64,000 nucleotides of DNA from assembly GCA_051294375.1 (NCBI GenBank), contig CM119265.1:19904012-19968011 (forward strand), given 5' to 3'. Below the pieces are notes generated by a model that saw only the letters and a program-made list of their open reading frames with translations, made no database searches and was not told where the DNA came from. Made by a program: the position numbers and the translations under genes. The stretch comes from Paraspadella gotoi (taxonomy: Eukaryota > Animalia > Chaetognatha). Shown here one piece after another: positions 13,602-23,212 of this stretch (its first letter is position 1; every line of letters begins with the position of its first letter).

Positions 13602-15105
13602 GGTCGACGTGTTTAGAATAGGGACATGAGGTAAAACTCCCTCCGAATCGAAAAACCGGTCGATGTCCTTACAGATTTATTTTAATGCGACCAATGAACC
13701 ATGAAGTCGAACGGTTGTTTTCATTTTGTCTTCATTTTTTGTATAAATTTTATATAAAGTTGTATTAAAAAAGACAAATGACTCTCTCGAAAGTTCTGGT
13801 TTGGTTCTCATTTGTTTTTAAGTAGATATATTCACTTATTTGTGATCTCTCACGGCATCGCCTTTTATTGACGTAACGGGTTTTTCATTGTGCACAAGTC
13901 TGCATCCAGTCATTATCCATATTTCCATTGATTACATCTTTCTAATATAGCGGTTTCTAATATATTTGAGGTCATCGAAACATATACATTATACAATTTA
14001 AGAGTTCATCCTACGCTTCTGTATGGCATATTTTTTTTTAATTTTAAATTTTGTTTTACTTTTTTTTAAAAATTACCAGGCGTCAGTTGAATTTCACCGA
14101 CCTTTTTTATCGGGATTAAAAGTTAATTAAATAGTAGTGACTAACCTCATCAGCTGGAGTGTTATTGATCTTATCTGTGCCCATCGTTATCTCCGTTTAA
14201 GTCGTCATTTCGTTCTGAAAGAAAAATTACTCGATAACTATTCCTTAGATTTCAAAATACTGAAAATTTCCTTCTTTTTTGGCTCGTCACAGTGGGCAAT
14301 TTAACTCCCGAGAGCAAAAGTTCATTGGCTCAAATACTAATTAAACTTAATAAAGATTCCTTAGCTTCGTTCCTTCGTCGCACTAATTCGGGGCGATGAT
14401 CGTAGCCCGGAGAAATAATTTCGCACAAAGTCTAAGACTAAGATAGGATTCTAACAAAAATTCCAATTTTATCCAAAATGAAAGAAATCTTGTTCGACGA
14501 AATATTTTCACTGAACAGAAGAAAAAAAATTCCACCCATGTTTTTGCAATTAGTAGGAAAAAAATTTTCTTCATAACTAATGACCTTAATCGATAACGAT
14601 TTCAATTTTCCAATATAATAGAAAAACTAGTAATACTGAAGTATGGTCAGTTACAAATATTTATGAAGAAAGAATATTAAAAGTGTTTTATCCAATTAAA
14701 ATGGTTATTGCCTAGACCGCTCCGATTTGGTTTCTTCTTGGCTCGATAAGGAAGAGGGTTTGGCCCAATTGTGGTCTGATGACGTGTGCCGACCGCCGAG
14801 TTTACTCACCAAGGGCTTTGTCCGTACAGGGCCAAAACAGGTTTTTTTACGTTTTTTTCTCATTTTTTTTTTCCTAAAATTTTTTCATTAATTTTTATGA
14901 AACAAATCAGTAATCTCGCCGTTTCAAAATATACGTTTTGAATGAAGTTTGGTTGTGAAACTTGCTTTAATGCATGAAAACCTAAAAAAAACTGAAAAAA
15001 AAAGACCAAACAAAACGCTTCAAATCAATCACGAAAATACAATAATCCACGAGTTAAAAAAATAATAAACGGAAAAAAAAAGTCGAAAAATAAACTGCCG
15101 TCACC

Positions 15106-18100
15106 ATGTCACTCGGCGGCTCGATGGTCTCGTGGATGAACGCGACGGCGCGGCAACATTTCCACATCTACACATCGATGTACTCCAACATGATGGAGCT
15201 CTACTCGAGTCGCGGGCTGGACCTGCAGGCCTTCGAGAAGCTGGAATTGCCCGACGCCGGCGTCGTGGGTTACGTCCTCGCCGGAGCCGTTGTCTGGACC
15301 CTCGCCAGATACCTCGTGGAGATTTCGATCCTCAAGGTGAGTCGAAGATCCCAGGTTGGGGTGTAGTAGCAAAGGGTTGCTTGAAATGCTGGGAGAAATG
15401 TGTGTGATTTATGATCATTGAATGTAAAGGGAAGTTATGGGACCTTAAAAATGAGCAATGGTGTAAAAACTATAAAAATTATGTCAGAACCCGAAGTGAA
15501 CCTTTAAGCTATATTGTTTATTTTCTATCGAGGTTAGCTTTTTGTCTTTTCTAATAAAAATGCAAAAACTATTAATAATAATCCACTTCAGTAAATTATT
15601 CTAGTACAAAATCCGTAAAATATCTTTAATTCACTCATAGAAATATGTATCCTACAACTGTAAATTGTGATTTGACATTACTATCAATCAATCAATCAAT
15701 CAATCATATTCGATCTTTAACATTTCTTCGTAATTACCGTACAATAAAAGGGCAATTAAGCTTGTTTCTGTGACCTATTCTCTATCTTTTTTCGATAAAA
15801 ACAAATGGTAATAAATCCAAATTCATCTTTAATTATTATTTTTTTCTTTTATCAATAATTAATCGAAATCATAAAGCTCTTGACGAATCGCTCTCCAGCG
15901 TTTGTATCGAGAGGAGCTTTTTTAAAGAAATTATTTAATCTTTATTGACGTCACGCCATCGTGACGTCGCCGTTGACTTCTTCGACTTCTATCGATATTT
16001 TCTCGAGAGCGTCCGATTCCCGACTTGCTTCACTCCCCCCGTAACTTGTTCCCAGTCCCCCTTTTCTATTAAAAATTCTCATTTCATCATCCAATCTCCA
16101 ACCTGCATCTTTAGATGGCGTTCGATATAAATCAATAATACAATTTCATGCATGATAAAATATTTGCTTTAATTGAGTAAGTAATAAGTTGTATGAACTG
16201 GCTTTCTTTGGTATCGTCAGCTTCGAAAGCGATCCATTAATTAAAGCCCAATGCTTTTTCGTGTGGTTAATCTGGCTGTACCTTAAATGCGGCTATGCAT
16301 ACTCCGCTTTATTAACTTTAAGTTGTTTATTTTAACAGCGATAAATAAACCAGTTTTTTTTTTAAATATCAAAACTCCTTAAAATTAAAAACTAATTTCT
16401 ATTCTTTTATGCCGTACTTGAAACAAAGCATTTCATAGTTTTAACCTGAGAGAGAAAACAAAGTTTTATTTTTCAAACGGACATGTTTCGACTCTTTCCC
16501 CCCCCTCCCGAGTCTTCTTCAGCGCAATGCCAAACATTATGAGAGAGAGAGAAAGCATCCAACAAAGAATTGAGTTGAAGGATAGTGAGGGATAGTGTTG
16601 AGGGTGAGGACAGCTGAAGGTAAGGACAGGAGAGACAGAGAGAGAGTGAAAAGAAAGGAAGTAAGGTCATTTGAGAATAAGTAGGGATCAATTTTAAAAC
16701 GCAACGAAAGTCTTTTCACTTTAGTTTTGACTTAACAAGTTTGAGCAAACAATGCCGGATCTGCCCACTATCATTTGCGGTGAGCAGCTGATCAGATAAT
16801 TAATTAATTAATTAATTAATTAATATTAATTTTTTTTATTTGTGTCAAAATCGTTTTCCACATTGTCTCGCCTCTCAATCACAAAACAACAATCTCGATC
16901 ACAAAATTAATTAATTAATTACAATTAATTAATAATTAATTAATTACTTAATTATTAATAATTAATTAATGCAGCTTGAATTTACATTTAATATAAAAAT
17001 ATTTGAGATTAAAGACGAAGTCTTATTACATCAACGATTTTATTTTAATGGTACAGACAAGTTTCGGCTTTCATTAAAGCCTTCAACGGTGCTTTGGCTT
17101 GAATGTACCATTAAAATAAAATCGTTGATGTAATAAGACTTCGTCTTTAATCTCAAATAACTCAAACACAACGAAAGAAAGTTTAATCACAATATAAAAA
17201 TAAAAAAGCATAATCAAATAGTGAAACAGATTGTTTGTTTTTTCCATTTTAACTCATTTCTACTTAGACGATTCCATCGAAACTTTATTTCCTGCTCAAT
17301 CACACACTTTCTTACCCACATACAAAAATTGAATTCAATCGCCCAATTCTCACATGGATAATTTGCGTTAAAATAGTGAAATATATTTTTTTGTTTTTTT
17401 CCATTTTAACTTATTTCCACTCAGACGATTCCATCCTCAATCACACAGTTTCCTAACCACACACAAAATTTAATTCCAATCCATCCATCAAATTACGAGT
17501 AATTGGTGTTTTTTGCTAAGGTGGGACACAGACAGACAGACGGACGGACATAATTTTTTTGGCATAATTTATCATAATTTGATGTGCTGACATGATATAG
17601 GTAAATGCCCGACAAGATTGGGGGGGCGGACCGACGGACCAACAAAGTGAATTATAGAGCCGGAATCTGCTGTAAGCACTAAGCAGATCCGGCTAAATAT
17701 AGGACGTAAAATTTTAATAAAAATACGTTTGGGGCAGCTTTAAACACTGCATGTGTCTAAAATTTGACATCATTAGACCAAATTGTCTAGCGGCTCGCAG
17801 GTTAGGAAAGTGAAGTTATTTTTATTGTTTTCACAGCCTTTTGCTTTGAGAGTTGGACTCACTGCGATGAACGCCATGAAATTCCCAGAGTCGGTGTGGA
17901 AATTAGTCGTACACACCCGACTCTGGATTTACACGGTTAATCTCCTTATTTACCCTGGAGTCTACCCGTACTTTCACGAGCCAGAGTCCGTTTGGAAAGG
18001 TAAGTCACAAGTGACGGTATTTTGGGTCTTTGGTCATTTGACCTCAGTCTAACTAAATTCTTTTCTCATTTATTTTGTTTCACATTTCAATCGAGCCACT

Positions 18101-19694
18101 GAAGATGACATAGAAACTAAGTCCATATGTCTTATCTCTGTATTTCTCCGTTAATATAATTTTTGTAATTTTTGTAATTTTTTATAATTTTACTTCATAA
18201 AAATTATAGTAACGTCTTTTTCTCTCTTTCTCCCCCAATGACATCCTCGTCCACGTCCAGACTGGCGGCTGGGAATGGAGGTCCCGGCCGACATAAAGTG
18301 GGTCTATTTCCTTGTGACGAGTTTCTACACGCACTCAGCCTACGCTTCCATATTCATGGATCACAAACGAAAGGACACGCTCGCGATGGTCATCCACCAC
18401 ATCGTCACACTGTCGCTCCTCGTCCTCTCGTATTGTACCAGGTAAATGCTCGTTCCGGGCCCTTAGTTCCAGGCTGGGCCGATTTTCGCCCGTTTAATTT
18501 TAACGAAGGTAACTCTTTCTCTAGTTATTTTCGGTTGGGTCTCTTGGTCTTAATCCTCATGGACATCACCGACATCGAACTTGAGGTGGCGAAAACCTGC
18601 GTTTATTTTCGCGATCGTCAAGGAGCCTCCAAAATGTTCACCAACGTCTGTGAAATTCTTGCCAATCTGGCGTTCATTGCCTTTTCCATTTCGTGGTAAG
18701 GAGATTAGGTCGATGTTATAAAGTATGAACATTTTATCATGTTTATCAATCTTTTTCATAGGGTTATTTTCCGTTTACATTATTACCCCACGAAAGTTTT
18801 GTATGCTACAGGTATGCATAATAGTGCCTTTGATGTGTAAAAACTATGAAATAACACAAAACTTTTTTAATTATTATGATTGCAGCCATCGTTCCATTCA
18901 ACATAATGTCTCAAACTGGACAGTATTTTCCCTTTGGGAATCTCTTCAACATATTATTAGGCATTCTTTTCTTTATGAACATTTGGTGGTTCTATGTGAG
19001 TACATCTTTGAATAATTTCTAAACAAAACCGCCTTAATTGATTAATTTGAAAGACTAAGTCTTGAAATATAATTTTCTTCTTTTTTGTTTTCAGTTTTAT
19101 CAGCAGATTTTATTAAATCCATCGAATAGACGAGACAATAAAATTATGAAAGTAATTTTTTTTGTTATAGTTTATCATCGACTTTTTGGTATCAATCGCT
19201 TGCGGAAAGCTGGATCGTCTGGAAGATATCAGAGAGTTCGAGGTCAAAGATTCATCCAAAGATGATCTCAAGTGTTCGTCGACCATCAAGAGTCAAGGCA
19301 AGTCATTGGTTTCAGAATTACGTATTTTAATTGTAAGCTAATTTATGAACAGATTGAGGAGACAGTAATTATTGTTATGTTAGTGACAGAACCGTTCAAT
19401 ATAGGCAGTCCCTGAGCTTCGGATCAGGCTGTAACACCGTGTTACAGGCGGGTTAAGCGACCACAATGAGGCGAATGACTTGCCTCCGACACCAATGGCC
19501 GCTGATGAACGGTTGGTGGATTTTAGTCCACCATAAGATGTTTTATTGCTAACTTTGCATTTTAGTAGTTTATTAATAAAACATTTATTTCACAATGCCT
19601 ATTAATTTCAGTAAATGGACCTGTTGCCAACGGCGTATCTTCAAATGCCAAAAATTCGTCGGCAGTGAACGGAATTCACAAAAAACAACTATGA
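15106..19694 (+). CDS. Ceramide synthase (TLC/Lag1 domain), CerS1-like, no homeodomain
   Basis: Exons 15106-15336, 17837-17999, 18261-18441, 18525-18695, 18762-18811, 18886-18995, 19171-19297, 19612-19694. Motifs KFPESVWK, RKDTLAMVIHHIVT (Lag1p HH), MDITDIELEVAK, MNIWWF, LEDIRE. C-terminus ...HKKQL*. Confidence 0.92.
16734..17697 (-). mobile_element. Non-autonomous Helentron/HINE-like element in CerS intron 1
   Basis: Perfect 11-bp subterminal inverted repeat GCCGGATCTGC (16754-16764) / GCAGATCCGGC (17683-17693). There is a hairpin at 17659-17693, (GACA/GACG)n microsatellite at ~17525-17550, a short terminal hairpin plus CTTGTT end on the minus strand, and an internal direct duplication ~17236-17480. 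Confidence 0.6.
17000..17190. mobile_element. Penelope-like retroelement remnant: 56-bp perfect foldback with hammerhead-like loop
   Basis: Arms 17000-17055 and 17104-17159 are exact reverse complements. The loop on the minus strand reads CCGTTGA-AGGCTTT-AATG-AAAGCC-GAAAC-TT-GTC. The element is flanked by the direct repeat AATATAAAAATA (16990-17001, 17191-17202). Confidence 0.6.
19355..19535 (-). mobile_element. Solo LTR of the TRIM-like family at 25378-26029 (shorter variant)
   Basis: Near-identical to the 25378/25798 LTRs apart from two internal gaps, with the same termini (TGA...CCACCATA on +). Flanked by 4-bp TSD AGAT (19351-19354, 19536-19539). Confidence 0.85.
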
Positions 19695-22291
19695 GCTTCC
19701 CATTGATCTCTCAACCTGTCTCGGGGCTCAACTTACAAAGAGTCACGAAACACTCCGTAGCAACATTACAACTTATACTGTTACAGTTAATCACGTACCG
19801 TTTTATTTGGGTGGGAAACGCGCGGGAAAACGCTATTTAATTATTTTGGATAACTTCGGCGTGCATTCGTCGGAATATCTTTGTGTTAGGGCTTAATTAA
19901 ACCGTCCGTCGAAAGCAGAAACAGGCCTGAAATTATGTGCGCGTTGTTTTAATTTGGTCTTCCCCTTTTTTAAAAAATAATCGTACAACCAAAAACAGTT
20001 TTTGAGCCATAAGAATTACAATTTTTAATATCAGTTTGGTCTATATCTCAGTTTATTTAACAAGTTGTTGAGAGGCTTTATTTTACTCTGGACTGTTACA
20101 TATTCTTTGCTTTTATATTATATCAGTTTATACTCATTGAAAGCATAAATAATGTTTCGTAATAACTTCCAGTAGAAGCATAATGATGACTAAAAAGGCA
20201 ACAGAAGACTGTGGTTATGTAAAACTATTATTTATGCCTCTATTTTGTTTATATACATTGACTCTTATGAAAATTTTATCTACATTAGATTTATGTCTCA
20301 TATTTTTCACAATATCTAGTTCACATTTCCTCACAAGATCGGAGAATTGAATCAATCTAATTTTTTTAGCGTTGACCCTTTTTGTGTTAGATTTAATGGG
20401 GTTTGTAATATTTCGACAGCAGTGAGCATCATAAAAATTGAATTTTGTGGAATGATTACTGAACGCGTTATATGAAAACTATCGATTTGTCGTGAATTTC
20501 AAATCTTAAAAATTTTGCCCCAAAATTTGAATGTTTTTAAGTTATTTTTAAAACTTATCAATGCATATCTTTATCTGTTAAACAGAAACTGTTGAGTATC
20601 AAATGTTTGTTTTTAATTTGTTTGGAATTTAAACAAACCGTGAAGGATATACAGTAGAAATTCCCGTATTTCGAACACAAGTAACTGCATGTTTCGAAAA
20701 CCGGAATTTTTTTTTTGTTTATCGCATGTATCGACTTAATATTAATGGCAAATATTATTGATAGATACCTTTATTTCTATGCGTGACTTGTGCTACTGAC
20801 CCACTCCCTTTTATTCGAAGGAAGTTAAAAAAAGCAATCAAATTATATCGAACGAACATTATCGTATTCGTTTTCTTCCTTCGAAATTCTCTTTACTCAT
20901 GCATCTCTTATGTCGGTGGATTTATCTTTGTCTGTGATTATTCAATTACTCGGCTGATGGTGCAACTGACCAAGAAAGGGGACTTTTTTAAGTCACTCGT
21001 CTGATTCGATGCGCGCGAATGTCGTTTTTGCTTTCATTCGGTCTCTTTAACTTTGGAGCATTTTCATCACCTTTACACGTTTCTATTCCGTGCAAACTTA
21101 TTTCGTGTAAAACAAAAAGCTCTCGAAGCATTCCATAGGTTTCTGCATTGGAATGACATTGTGAATAATTTTTTTAGTTTAAATTGTGCACAATTCGTAA
21201 AGAATAAAGGATTTTTACCGTTAGAGTAATGGTTTTATAAACCGTAAAACACCAAAAAATTTTTTTTCCTCACTCTCGTAGTGACGAGACTGCTGGAAAA
21301 TATAGTTTAGTTCATACCCTTGCTTGCAGCGGGCTGCCACCATTAAATTTGCACCTTGGTTTCATTCAGAAACTTTTTACTTTTTATCCCATTTTTATTT
21401 GGCAAGGCTTAATAATTTGTTATTGCTCGTTACAATATCTGTAATATCTGTTTTTTCCTTTGTTGTTTTTAGGAAAAAATAGTTTATTAAACAAAAAGTT
21501 TTTCGCATCAGATTTTATCGTCTTTCTAAAGTGACTATGTATTTATGAAAAGGAGATTATAAACCAGGGCTCTCCGATAGAAAATTGCTTTTATTGTCCT
21601 ATTTTATGAATCGTGGTTTCGTGACAATTTAAAAATAGGCTGGAGGGTTATATTTGTACGCTCTCCTATAACGGACCAGATTTTTACGAGGAGCCCTCGT
21701 TTCTGTCTCCATTTTAAGACCTAACGTATAATTTACTTCGATTTTAAATTAAAGATTTTATTTTTGGAATTTTAATTTTTAATGTAGTTAATGAATACTT
21801 TTAGTCATTTTTATTTTGAGACAATTATATTTTCAGAAAAAAAAATCGCACTCAACCGAAATGTTAGAACGAATTCTGGTTTGATTGCGTGAGAAAACAC
21901 TTCATAAAAGGATGTGTATATAATTTTGAACCCCATGAAGGTTTCGTGAGTTGAATGGAAACAAATAGATGTTGTGACACTCACAGCTGCTTCTAATTTT
22001 ATATTTGGAAGGGATTTCCAAGAGTTACGTAGATCATCAACTAACACTATCTATTTTTAGTTAAATAGCTTTGTGGTGTTTGATATTTCAGAGTTCAGAC
22101 TGTGTTGAAAGATTAAAGAAATTGGCGCTTTAGTATGAAATGTTTTTAGTTTTTAGTCAATATTCCGTATTTATAACCATAAACATTAGGCCGGAACATG
22201 TTGAAAACTAGAAGTTCTCTCAAATAAATAATGGATGGGTGACTGTAAGAGAATATGAAAATAACAATAAATTTAAAAATTTATGATAAGC

Positions 22292-22664
22292 GCACGGAAG
22301 CATTTAAAGATTATTTTATTACTATATAAAGTTTAAAATTTTTTTTAATTTTTCAATTTTTTTTAATAGATTCTGATAGAGCTTTAAAAGTTAGAAAAAG
22401 TTTATTAATACAATTTTTTTAATTCTTTTTGTTTTATTGATGAAAATTTAAAAAAAAACATAAAATTCAGCCAATGATGATGGTGATTTTTTAAGTTTTT
22501 TTCTATTTTTAACTAATTTATTGTCAAAAATTAAAAAAATTGTAGTACTAACTTTCATTTAACTTTTCAAGCTCTATAAGAATCCGTTCTTAAAAAATAA
22601 AATTTTTAAAAAAGATTTTTGTCTTTTGTTATATATAATAATAAATATTTAAAAGCTTCCGTGC
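22292..22664. mobile_element. AT-rich foldback / MITE-like element
   Basis: GCACGGAAGC (22292-22301) and GCTTCCGTGC (22655-22664) are inverted. Imperfect complementarity continues inward (e.g. TAGAGCTTTAAAAGTTA vs TAACTTTTCAAGCTCTA). Confidence 0.55.
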
Positions 22665-23212
22665 AACAACCCAATAAACTAATTCAAAAAGTTGTATTGA
22701 AAATCGATTTAGTAATAGAAGGAAAAAAGATTTTTTTTTTGAGAGAACGAGAAGTTATATTATATATTATATTTGGTCCGCCTTAATAAACATTAATTTG
22801 ATAGTGAATTGTGAAAATTTATTTTAAAAAAATAAATAAATTCAAAGATTATTAAAATAACGTTGGAGAAGAAAAAAATTGCATCCCGCTCCCGCGCAAC
22901 GATGGCGATGAAGAGCAAAACTACGACGAAGCTCATCGATCGACTGATCAAAACAACTGTGACTCCGAGGTTGTTCTTCTCATATATTTTTTTTTTCAAC
23001 AGCCTCGATGTTTTCGTTGGATTGTTGACGGTTGCCTTTGTAAAATATCGAATTTTAAGAAATCGTTATTGGCAAGAAAAACTCATATTAAAAATTATAT
23101 TGAGTTTGTCACGGTAGACACGGAAATACGTGAGCCGGTTGTGATTCTCTCCCTTTTCTCTCGTTCACTCAAGAAAACAACATGGATTGAAGATTCACAG
23201 CAACGGAAAAAG

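Noticed and set aside
18099-18124. CTGAAGA-TGACATA-GAAAC-TAA-GTC hammerhead-like string
   Set aside because: Stem II and stem I do not pair; at best a decayed relic.
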